A DNA stretch of 35,579 nt from Candidatus Sysuimicrobiota bacterium (GTDB lineage Bacteria; Sysuimicrobiota; Sysuimicrobiia; Sysuimicrobiales; Sysuimicrobiaceae): contig PSLI01000021.1 in the NCBI GenBank assembly GCA_040289515.1, forward strand, positions 1-35,579. The letters run 5' to 3'. The stretch's first letter is position 1. Every line of letters begins with the position of its first letter. Made by a program: the position numbers and the translations under genes. Below the pieces are notes generated by a model, which was not told the origin of the DNA, ran no database searches, and saw nothing but the letters and a program-made list of their open reading frames with translations. This document shows, piece by piece, positions 27,204-35,579 of this stretch.

Positions 27204-27234
27204 GGTTCGGAACAATGGAAGTTTGGAGCGAACG

Positions 27235-28584
27235 TTGCGTTCCCACACCCTTCGCGTGCTGGTGCTGGTGGCGCTCGCCGCCGGGGCCTTCCAGGTGACC
27301 TTCCAGCCGGTGCGCCTGGACGGGTGGCGGCCCGCCTGGCAGGGCCCGCAGCCGCGCCTGCGGCTGGGGCTGGACCTGCAGGGCGGCACCCGGATCGTGC
27401 TGGAGGCGGAGCGCCGGCCCGGGGTAGAGGTCACCCCGGACAAGGTGGACGCGGCCCTGCGGGTCATTCAGAATCGCGTGGATGCTTTGGGGGTGGCAGA
27501 GCCCCTGCTGCAGCGTCAAGGGCAGGACCGGATCCTGGTGGAGTTTCCGGGCCTGCAGGATCCGCAGCGGGCCAAGGAGCTCATCGGCCGTACGGCCCTG
27601 CTGGAGTTCGTGGACACCGACCACCAGAGCCTGCCCCGTGGCGCGGAGTGGCTACTGGACAACCGCCGCGTCCGGCTGCCCGATGGACAGGTGATCTTGC
27701 TGCCGAAGAAGGTGGTGGTGACGGGAGCAGACCTTCGGGATGCCCGTGCGGAGTTCGACCAGCAGTCCCTGCAGTGGCTGGTGCGTTTTCGTTTCGCGGG
27801 GGAGGGTGCGAAGAAGTTCGAGGAGCACACGGGCCGCAGCATCGGCGAGTACCTCACCATCGTGCTGGATAACCGCGTGCTCAGCAGCCCCGTGATCCGC
27901 GCCCGGATCCCCGGGGAGGGGGTGATCGAGGGCAGCTTCACCGCGGAGGAGGCCCGGGACCTGGCCATCCTGCTGCGCGGGGGTGCCCTCCCGGTTCCCG
28001 TGCGGCCCGTGGAGGAACGCACCGTGGGACCCACCCTGGGCCGCGACTCCATCGACCGCAGCCTGCGGGCAGGCTGGATCGCCACCGCGGCCGTGGTGGT
28101 GTTCGTGGTGGGCTACTACCGCTTGCCTGGGCTGCTGGCCTCCCTGTCCTTGGGCCTCTACGCGCTGCTGGTGCTGGGGCTGCTAACGAGCCTGGGCGCT
28201 ACCCTGACCCTGCCCGGGATCGCGGGGATCCTCCTCAGCGTGGGCATGGCGGTGGACGGCAACGTGATCATCTTCGAAAAGATGAAGGAGGAGCTACGGT
28301 CGGGCAAGACGCTGCGGGCAGCGGTGGCCGCGGGGTGGCGGCGGGGCGTGGTGACCGTCCTGGACTCTAACCTGACCACCCTCATCGGTGCCGCAGTGCT
28401 TTGGTGGCTGGGCACCGGACCGATCCGGGGCTTCGCGGTGACCCTCATCCTGGGGGTGCTGGCGTCCATGTTCACCGCGGTGGTGGCTACGCGGTGGCTG
28501 GTGGAGCTGTGCGCGGACCTGGGGCTGGCCCGCGGCCTGGCACGCGTGGCGGACCTGCCACGGCCCCCGGAGGTGGCGACGTGA
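27235..28584 (+). CDS. secD: Protein translocase subunit SecD
   Basis: Motifs LGLDLQGG, RVDALGVAEP, IVLDN, VGPTLG, TLTLPGIAG, GMAVDGNVIIFE and GPIRGFA. Start at TTG 27235 (or 27223). Confidence 0.95.
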   Translation: MRSHTLRVLVLVALAAGAFQVTFQPVRLDGWRPAWQGPQPRLRLGLDLQGGTRIVLEAERRPGVEVTPDKVDAALRVIQNRVDALGVAEPLLQRQGQDRILVEFPGLQDPQRAKELIGRTALLEFVDTDHQSLPRGAEWLLDNRRVRLPDGQVILLPKKVVVTGADLRDARAEFDQQSLQWLVRFRFAGEGAKKFEEHTGRSIGEYLTIVLDNRVLSSPVIRARIPGEGVIEGSFTAEEARDLAILLRGGALPVPVRPVEERTVGPTLGRDSIDRSLRAGWIATAAVVVFVVGYYRLPGLLASLSLGLYALLVLGLLTSLGATLTLPGIAGILLSVGMAVDGNVIIFEKMKEELRSGKTLRAAVAAGWRRGVVTVLDSNLTTLIGAAVLWWLGTGPIRGFAVTLILGVLASMFTAVVATRWLVELCADLGLARGLARVADLPRPPEVAT

Positions 28585-29546
28585 GGACGTGGAACCTCAT
28601 GGGCAACCGCCGCTGGCTCTACCTGGCGTCCGCGGGGGTGGTGCTCGCCAGCCTGGCGGCCATGGCGGTGCAACCCGCCCTGGGCCGCCCCGTGCTGAAC
28701 TGGGGCGTGGACTTCACGGGTGGCACCCTGCTCACCCTGCGCTTCCAGGACGGGACGGTGTCCACGGGGCAGGTGCGCGCGGCCCTGGAGCCCCTGGGCC
28801 TGGGGGAAGCGGTGATCCAGAGGGTGCAGGAGACGGGGGACGTGTCGGTGCGCACCCGCCACCTGGCGCCGGAGGAGCGCAGGCGCGTGGAACAAGCTTT
28901 GCGGCAGCGCGTGGGCCCCTTTCTGGTGCTGAGCGTGGACGACGTGGGGCCCAAGATCGGTCGGGAGCTGCGGAACGTGGCCATCCTGGGCGTGGTGGTG
29001 GGGCTAGCGCTGCAGGTGGTGTACGTCTCCCTGCGGTTCCGGTCCGTGCACTTCGCTGTGGCCGCGGACGTAGCCCTGCTGCAGGACCTGCTGCTGGTAC
29101 TGGGCGTGTACGCCCTCACCCGCGCCACCGTGGACAGCGCCTTCGTGGCGGTGCTGCTCACCGTGGTGGGGTACTCCATCAACGACACCATCGTGGTGTT
29201 CGACCGTGTGCGGGAGAACCTGCAGCTGCGCACCCGCGAGGCCTTCGCGGACCTGGTGAACCGCAGCGTGCTGGAAGCTCTGGTGCGCTCCCTGAACACC
29301 GCCCTGACCACCCTGCTGGCCATCGGCAGCGTGTACTTGTTCGGCGGGCCCACGGTGCGGGACTTTGCCTTGGGGCTGACGGCGGCGGTCCTCACGGGCG
29401 GGTGGTCCTCCATTGGGGTTGCCAGCCCCCTTCTAGTGGACCTCACCCAGTGGGCAGAACGCCGCGCCGCAAGGGCCGCCGTCCCCGCCCCTGCCCACCC
29501 CGCCCGGGCCGCCGCCGGCAGCCGGCGCGGGCGCTCCCGGGCGTGA
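28581..29546 (+). CDS. secF: Protein translocase subunit SecF
   Basis: GTG 28581 overlaps the secD stop. Motifs WGVDFTGG, VGPKIG, GYSINDTIVVFDRVRE and RSLNT. Confidence 0.95.
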   Translation: MRTWNLMGNRRWLYLASAGVVLASLAAMAVQPALGRPVLNWGVDFTGGTLLTLRFQDGTVSTGQVRAALEPLGLGEAVIQRVQETGDVSVRTRHLAPEERRRVEQALRQRVGPFLVLSVDDVGPKIGRELRNVAILGVVVGLALQVVYVSLRFRSVHFAVAADVALLQDLLLVLGVYALTRATVDSAFVAVLLTVVGYSINDTIVVFDRVRENLQLRTREAFADLVNRSVLEALVRSLNTALTTLLAIGSVYLFGGPTVRDFALGLTAAVLTGGWSSIGVASPLLVDLTQWAERRAARAAVPAPAHPARAAAGSRRGRSRA

Positions 29547-29550
29547 GCAC

Positions 29551-29865
29551 ATGCGCTGGTTCTTCGTGGCGTTGGTGCTTCTGGCGCTGGTGAGCGTGGC
29601 GCTTCTGCTGAGTAACGCGGGTGCTTCGGACCGGTACCCCTTGCGGGTGGCGGGAAGGCTTCTGGTGGAGGACACCCCGGTCACCCTCGTGGTACTGGCC
29701 CTGTTCGTGGGTGCAGGGGTCGCGGGGCTGCCCCTGGCGGTGAGCAACTGGTGGCTGCGCCGCAGGGTGGCTCACCTGGAGCGCAGCCTGCGCGCAGCCC
29801 AGGAGGCCCGGCAGGCCGCCCACTCACCGGCTCCCCAGCAGTTCCAGCAGCCCGGCGGTGCTTAA
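29551..29865 (+). CDS. LapA/DUF1049-like small membrane protein
   Basis: Two hydrophobic segments followed by a basic coiled-coil (WWLRRRVAHLERSL), at the usual position between secF and recJ. Confidence 0.65.
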   Translation: MRWFFVALVLLALVSVALLLSNAGASDRYPLRVAGRLLVEDTPVTLVVLALFVGAGVAGLPLAVSNWWLRRRVAHLERSLRAAQEARQAAHSPAPQQFQQPGGA

Positions 29866-32800
29866 GCCTCCTGAAACCCGACCCTGGTCCGTCCTGCCGG
29901 TCCATCCCCTGCGTGACAAGCTCGCCAAACTTCTGGGCCTGCTCCCGGTGACCGCGCAGGTGCTGGCGGTACGGGGCTACACCCAGCCTGAGGAAGTGCA
30001 CCGGTTCCTGCGCGCTTCCGTGGACCAGCTGTCCGAGCCACGGCAGATCGCCGACCTCGCACACGCCGCGCGCGTGGTGTGGAGGGCGGTGCGGGCGGGG
30101 CGTCCGGTGGTGGTGTACGGGGACTTCGACGCGGACGGTGTGTGCGCCGCAGCGATCCTGATCCGCGGCCTGCGCAGCCTGGGGGTGCAGGCGCGCGGCT
30201 ATGTTCCGCACCGGCTGCAGGAGGGCTACGGGCTCCATGCCGACGCGGTGCGGACCCTGGCGGAGTCAGGCTGCGGCTGTTTGGTGGCGGTGGACTGCGG
30301 GGTGGGTGCCCTGCAGGAGGTGGCCTTGGCCAAGCAGCTGGGGATGACGGTGGTGGTGGTGGACCACCACGAGCCGCCGCCCGTGCTGCCGGAGGCGGAC
30401 GCGGTGGTGGACCCCAAAATCGCGCAGCGTCTTTACCCCTTCCGGGACAACTGTGCCTCTGGGCTGGCCTGGCAGCTCGTGCGGGCCCTGCGGGAGCTGG
30501 CGGGTGCCCAGCCCACCGAGGACCTGCTGGAGCTGGCCGCGGTGGGTACCGTGGCGGACGTGGTCCCCCTGGTGGGGGACAACCGCGTCCTGGTCCGGAA
30601 CGGGCTGCGGCGTCTGGAGGCAAGCCCCTTGGTGGGGTTGCAGGCCCTGCTGCGCGCCTGCGGTCTGGTTGGTCCGGTAAGCGCGGAGGACGTGGCATGG
30701 CGCCTGGCCCCCCGCCTGAACGCCGCCGGCCGTGTGGACACCGCCCGTACGGCTCTGCAGCTACTGCTCACGGACGACCCCGAGGAAGCGCAGCAGCTGG
30801 CCACAGAGCTGGATCGGCACAACGCACACCGGCAGCGCCTCCACGAGGTGGCGCTGGGAGAGGCGCTGGCTGCGGTGGACCAGGAGGGGCTTTCAGAACG
30901 GCCCGGGATCGTGGTGTGGGGGGAAGGCTGGCACCCAGGCGTGGTGGGCCTGGTGGCCGGCCGGCTGCGGGAGTCCTTCTTCAGACCTTCGGTGGCGCTG
31001 ACGGTGGAAGGCGGTCGTGCGCGCGGCTCCGCCCGCGGCGTTCCCGGCCTGGACCTGGTGGAGGTGCTGGGCGAGTGTGCGGAGCTGGTGGACCGCTTCG
31101 GCGGCCACGCCCTCGCGGCCGGGCTGGAACTTCCCGCAGAACGCCTGGTGGAGTTCCGGAGGAGGTTCGAGGCGGCCGTAGGTGCCCGCGTGCGGCCGGA
31201 GCTGCTGGTCCCCCGGGTGGAGGTGGAGGCGGAGGTCACTCTGGAGGAGCTTACACCGCGGCTGGTGGAGGAGCTTGCGCTCCTCGAGCCGTTCGGTGCG
31301 GGTAACCCCAGACCCACGCTGGCCGTCCGGGGCGTGCGCCCGCTGGAGGTGGGGCTGTGGGGCGCGGGGGAACACCTGTGGCTGCGGGTGACGGACGGCG
31401 CGCGGGTTGTTGAGGCGGTGGGGTTCGGGCTCGGAGGCTGGGGAGAGCTGTTGGCCTTCTGCCAGCCGGTGCTGGATCTGGCGGGCTGCGTGGAGCGCAG
31501 CCGCTGGCAGGAGGGCGAGCTGCGCTGGGTGGTGGAGGACCTCAAGACCCCGGGGCTCCAGCTTGGGCGCGTCCTAGCGGATGTCCCCTCCTTGCTGCAG
31601 CGCTTGCTGCAACGCGCTGACGACTACTTAAGCGGCGCGTACCGGGCCGTGGAGGTACATCCCGCGCTGTTCACCAAGGTGGTGGGTGTCACCTTCGAGG
31701 GCAGGCAGGAGGTGCTGGCCCGTCTGGAGCCGGGAGAGGAGGTGTACCTGAGGCGGGAGCCGGCCAACCCGTTCGACCCACATGCCGTGCAGGTGGTGCG
31801 CCGGGACGGGTCGGTGGTGGGCTACCTGAACTCGGTCCTGGCAGGCCGCCTGGCGCCGCAGCTGGACCGGGGCGCGCGGTACCGGGCCACGGTGGCTGCG
31901 GTCACTGGCGGAGGGGATCTCCGCCTGGGGGTAAACGTGCGCCTCGAGCAGGACGCCCCGCAACCGCGGACCGAGTCGGTCAGGTCTACCCTGGCCTCCT
32001 CCGGCCCGGACCTGGACCGTCTGAGCCGCCTATTGTGGCCCGGCGGAAGCCTGCCGGAGCCTCTGCGGCAGGCTGCGGCCCGGGTACTGGAAGGCGGACG
32101 GGCAGCGGTGGCGTGTAGCCCCTGGCCGGAGTGCTCGCAGCTAAGCCTGCTGGTTGCGGCCGCGCACGCGCTGCGGGGCACCCCTGCGGTGGTGGTGTTT
32201 CCCATGGCGGAGCTGGCGGAGAGCCGATGGCAGTCGTGGAAGGGTGCCCTGGAGGGGGTGGGGCTGAGGCTGACTCGCCTGCACGGCCTGGTGAGCCGTC
32301 GGGAACTGGAGCAGGGCGAACAGGCCGCGCAGCTAGGCGCGTTGGACGTGGTGTTCACCACGCCCACTTACTTGAGCCACCGGCCAGGCCTGATATCCCC
32401 TGAGGTCCTCGTGGTGGTGGAGGGCTGGGTGGAGACCTGCCTGTCGCCGGAGCTGGCCTCTCACGCAGGCCCGTTCCTGTGGGTGCTGTGGGACCCCGCA
32501 GCCAACCCGCAGGGGTGGGAGGTCTTCGGCCTTGCCGGTGCCCGGACCGCGGTGCGCGTGGTGGACGCGAGAGGCCGCGGGCAGACCCTGGAAGAGCTGT
32601 TGCGCGACTCTCCGGCAGTGGTGTTCGCTGCGGGTCCTGCCTCTGCTGTGGAGCTCGCACGGTCGCTGAGCTTGCCGGGCCACGTAGCTTACGACCATCC
32701 AGGCCTGCCGAGCTCTGTGCGGGACACCCTGGCCCAGCTGTTCAACCAGGGGAAGTTAACCTGCCTGGTGTGCGGGGGACCCGCGCCGGATGGCCTGCGC

Positions 32801-33340
32801 GCGGCGCGCAGGCTGGTTTGGGTGGCCCCCACCGCCATGGAGGTCTTCCTGCAGCAGGCAAGCCGCGCCCTGGCAAGCCGAGAGCCCACCACCCTGGTAC
32901 TGGGCTTTGGCCGAGAAGAGGGGGCCCGGGCCAGGGCGGAGTGGGAGAGCTTGCACCCGCCCCGGCAGGCGCTGGCGGCGGTGTACCGGCTGCTGCGGGA
33001 GGCCGGGGGTGAGGCGTGCTGGCCGGACGAGGGGCTCAGCCGGAGGGTTCGGGAGGCCACGGGCCTGGACCCCCGGCTGGCCGTCCCCGCGGCCCTGCAG
33101 GTCCTGGAGGCTGCGGACCTGGTGCGCAGGGAGCGCGCGGGAACCGGCTGGCGCCTGCACCTGTACCCGCCAGACGGGCGGAAGGACCTAGGAGCGGTGC
33201 TGCGTTTCGCTGAAGGGGAGCGGAGCCGGGCCGCCTTCGCCTCGGGAAGCCGGTGGCTTGTCAGCTGCTCCGCGGTGGAGGTGCTGGAGCGGGTGGCCGG
33301 GGGCTCGGTTGCCGCCCGCCGGGAGTCGGGTGCAGGATAG
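29858..33340 (+). CDS. recJ: ssDNA exonuclease RecJ fused to a HIRAN domain and a degenerate SF2 (RecQ/DEAH-like) helicase region
   Basis: DHH motifs YGDFDADG, VDCG, DHHE, GTVADVVPL, PRLNAAGR, GSARG and FGGHALAAG. HIRAN-like FTKVVGVTFEGRQ...LRREPANPFDPHAV...VGYL (about 31670-31951). Helicase remnants VFPMAELA and TTPTYL. Confidence 0.9.
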   Translation: MLKPPETRPWSVLPVHPLRDKLAKLLGLLPVTAQVLAVRGYTQPEEVHRFLRASVDQLSEPRQIADLAHAARVVWRAVRAGRPVVVYGDFDADGVCAAAILIRGLRSLGVQARGYVPHRLQEGYGLHADAVRTLAESGCGCLVAVDCGVGALQEVALAKQLGMTVVVVDHHEPPPVLPEADAVVDPKIAQRLYPFRDNCASGLAWQLVRALRELAGAQPTEDLLELAAVGTVADVVPLVGDNRVLVRNGLRRLEASPLVGLQALLRACGLVGPVSAEDVAWRLAPRLNAAGRVDTARTALQLLLTDDPEEAQQLATELDRHNAHRQRLHEVALGEALAAVDQEGLSERPGIVVWGEGWHPGVVGLVAGRLRESFFRPSVALTVEGGRARGSARGVPGLDLVEVLGECAELVDRFGGHALAAGLELPAERLVEFRRRFEAAVGARVRPELLVPRVEVEAEVTLEELTPRLVEELALLEPFGAGNPRPTLAVRGVRPLEVGLWGAGEHLWLRVTDGARVVEAVGFGLGGWGELLAFCQPVLDLAGCVERSRWQEGELRWVVEDLKTPGLQLGRVLADVPSLLQRLLQRADDYLSGAYRAVEVHPALFTKVVGVTFEGRQEVLARLEPGEEVYLRREPANPFDPHAVQVVRRDGSVVGYLNSVLAGRLAPQLDRGARYRATVAAVTGGGDLRLGVNVRLEQDAPQPRTESVRSTLASSGPDLDRLSRLLWPGGSLPEPLRQAAARVLEGGRAAVACSPWPECSQLSLLVAAAHALRGTPAVVVFPMAELAESRWQSWKGALEGVGLRLTRLHGLVSRRELEQGEQAAQLGALDVVFTTPTYLSHRPGLISPEVLVVVEGWVETCLSPELASHAGPFLWVLWDPAANPQGWEVFGLAGARTAVRVVDARGRGQTLEELLRDSPAVVFAAGPASAVELARSLSLPGHVAYDHPGLPSSVRDTLAQLFNQGKLTCLVCGGPAPDGLRAARRLVWVAPTAMEVFLQQASRALASREPTTLVLGFGREEGARARAEWESLHPPRQALAAVYRLLREAGGEACWPDEGLSRRVREATGLDPRLAVPAALQVLEAADLVRRERAGTGWRLHLYPPDGRKDLGAVLRFAEGERSRAAFASGSRWLVSCSAVEVLERVAGGSVAARRESGAG

Positions 33341-33343
33341 GGT

Positions 33344-35549
33344 ATGACCACCAGGGGCGCGGCGCAGGCAGTGGAGCTGCCCTCCGAGATGCAGCGGCTG
33401 CTGGAGCGGGTCCGGGAGATCCAGCCCCATGCGGACTTGGACCTGCTGAGGAGGGCGTACGCCTTCGCGGCTGCGGCACACCAGGGGCAGGTACGGCGCA
33501 GCGGCGAACCGTACGTGATGCACTCCGTGGCGGTGGCCCACATCCTGGCAGATCTGCGCATGGACGCCACCACCCTGGCCGCAGCCCTCCTGCACGACGT
33601 TCCGGAGGACACCCCGCAAAGCCTGGAGGCCCTCGGTCGGGAGTTCGGCGACGAGATCGCCAACCTGGTGGACGGGGTCACCAAGCTGGGCAAGATCCAG
33701 TGGCGCAGCCAGGAGGAGAAGCAGGCGGAGAACTTGCGGAAGATGTTCCTGGCCATGGCCAGCGACGTGCGCATCATCCTCATCAAGCTGGCCGACCGGC
33801 TGCACAACCTGCGCACCATGGCCGTCATGCCGCCCGAGCACCAGCGGCGCAAGGCCCGGGAGACCCTGGAGATCTACGCGCCCCTGGCCAAGCGGCTGGG
33901 CATCGGCCAGCTCCAGAACGAGCTGGAGGACCGGGCCTTCGCCATCCTGGAGCCCGAGGCGTACCGGGAGATCACGGAGTCCCTGCGGGAAGCGCAGGCG
34001 CAGCAGGAGGAGGTTCTGCGCACCATCCAGGAGGAGCTGCACCGGGAGCTGAACCGCGCGGGCATCCGCGTGGAGCGGCAGCACATCACCGCCCGCCCCA
34101 AGCATGCGTACAGCATCTACCGAAAGATGCAGCGTCCCACCTACCAGGGCCAGGGCATCGCCCGCATCTACGATCGCCTGGGCGTGCGGGTCATCGTGGA
34201 CGACGTGAAGGACTGCTACGCGGCCCTGGGAGTGGTGCACTCCCTGTGGCGGCCCATCCCCGGGGAGTTCGACGACTACATCGCCACACCGAAGGAAAGC
34301 ATGTACCAGTCGCTCCACACCGCAGTCATCGGCCCTGAAGGGCGGGCACTCGAGATTCAGATCCGCACCCATGAGATGCACGAGATCGCCGAATTCGGCG
34401 TCGCGGCGCACTGGCGCTACAAAGAAGGCGCTAAGGTCGACGCGCGGATCGAGGCCAAAATCGCGTGGCTTCGCCAGCTGCTGGAGTGGCGCGACGAGGT
34501 ACGCGACGCCGAGGAGTTCGTCGAGTCGCTCAAGAGCGATGTCTTCCAAGATCAGATCTATGTCTTCACGCCGAAGGGCGACATCATCGAGCTTCCGGCC
34601 GGCGCAACGCCGATTGATTTCGCCTATCGCATCCACACGGAGATCGGTCACCATTGCGTTGGCGCCAAGGTGAACGACCAGTGGGTGCGGCTCGACGAGA
34701 AGCTGCAAAACGGGCAGGTCGTTCAGATCCTGACGAGCAAGACGAAAGGCCCGAGCCGCGACTGGCTCCAGGAAGATGCCGGCTACGTCACAACGGCCAG
34801 CGCTCGCGAAAAGATTCGCCAGTGGTTCCGGCGACAGGAGCGGGAAGAGAATATCGCCCAGGGCCGGGAGATCTTGGACCGCGAGCTCCGCCGCCTTGGT
34901 CTCGAGCTGAAAGCCGAGGATCTCCTCAAGCATTTTCCACGCTTCACCAAGGTGGAGGACTTCCTCGCAGCCATCGGTTATGGTGGTGTCTCGCCGCAAG
35001 CCATCGTTGCCAAGCTCGCGGCGGATACCGGCACGAAAGAAGTTCTTGCAGCCACACCGCACGTGCCGAAGCCACGGGCACCGCAACGGCTGACGGTGAC
35101 CGGGGTTGGTGATTTGCTGACCAACCTTGCCCAGTGCTGCCGGCCAGTCAGTGGCGACCCGATCATCGGCTACGTCGCGCGGCCGCGGCATCACGGTGCA
35201 CCGAGCCGATTGTCCAAACGTTGCCAACGTTCCAGAGCCAGAACGATTGGTCCCGGTCGATTGGGGAGAGCGAGGGAAAGACGAGACATTCCCGGTCGGG
35301 ATCAGAGTCGTCGCCTGGGACCGGGTCGGCCTCTTGCGTGACATCAGCACGATGCTGGCGGACGAGCGGGTCAACATCCTCTACGTGCACACCACCACCC
35401 ATGACGACCGGACGGTCACCCTCGATCTGACGCTGGAGGTGGTTGATGTGGCGCAGCTCAGCCGGGTGCTGCACAAGCTCGAGAACATCCAGTACGTCTT
35501 TGAGGTGCGCCGGAACACCTCCGGCGGCCGCGCAGGAGCGGCTGCGTGA
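33344..35549 (+). CDS. relA: Long RSH (p)ppGpp synthetase/hydrolase Rel, frameshifted at ~35177 before the ZFD/ACT end
   Basis: Motifs RRSGEPY, HD motif LHDVPED, IKLADRLHNLRT, RPKH.YSIY.KM, EFDDYIA, YQSLHT, EIQIRT, TGS domain (TPIDFAYRIHT) and CC. RGRGITVH and the ACT domain (DRVGLLRDI) continue in ORF 35127..35549. Confidence 0.9.
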
Positions 35550-35579
35550 GCGCGCCAGTGCGGCCGGCGCTTGCCATCG

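Noticed and set aside
33188..35377. 729-aa minus-strand ORF and the many other long overlapping ORFs (e.g. 21139..22953, 17597..19210, 25187..26635)
   Set aside because: Shadow ORFs of well-supported genes, expected at ~70% GC; no recognisable motifs.
35546..35579. Possible next gene starting at GTG 35546 overlapping the rel stop
   Set aside because: Only 11 codons visible, too little to support a call.
1..35579. CRISPR arrays, IS elements/integrases, tRNA/rRNA, tandem repeats
   Set aside because: None recognised by eye; the intergenic spaces are short and otherwise explained.

Overview
A very GC-rich bacterial chromosomal segment, probably from a Terrabacteria lineage. This is inferred from the Gram-positive-type LexA and the rny-ymdB and secD-secF-recJ-rel gene order. 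The left ~17 kb looks accessory and is rich in DNA-repair genes: an orphan NitT/TauT-type binding protein, a divergent endonuclease V-like gene paired head-to-head with a DUF72 gene, a PQQ/GSDH dehydrogenase, an OsmC-like gene with an in-frame UGA followed by a SECIS-like hairpin (candidate selenoprotein), a GH1 glycosidase, a stand-alone coiled-coil gene with a structured leader, an ECF-like sigma factor, an NAD-dependent epimerase, an NHEJ cluster (ku, frameshifted DUF72, VOC dioxygenase, ligD), a TPR-SLT lytic transglycosylase, rlmD and a decayed sirtuin. The right part is housekeeping: lexA with an SOS box, rny (apparent ACG start), a hypothetical gene, ymdB, a PHP protein, a zinc-ribbon protein, valS (preceded by a promoter/terminator leader), paaF/paaG/paaJ-like genes, secD, secF, a lapA-like gene, a 1160-aa RecJ-HIRAN-degenerate helicase fusion, and a rel gene. 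The rel gene switches codon style abruptly at ~34285 (possible chimera or recombination) and has a frameshift at ~35177. No rRNA, tRNA, CRISPR array or mobile element was recognised. All calls come from motif recognition by eye; no database searches were run.
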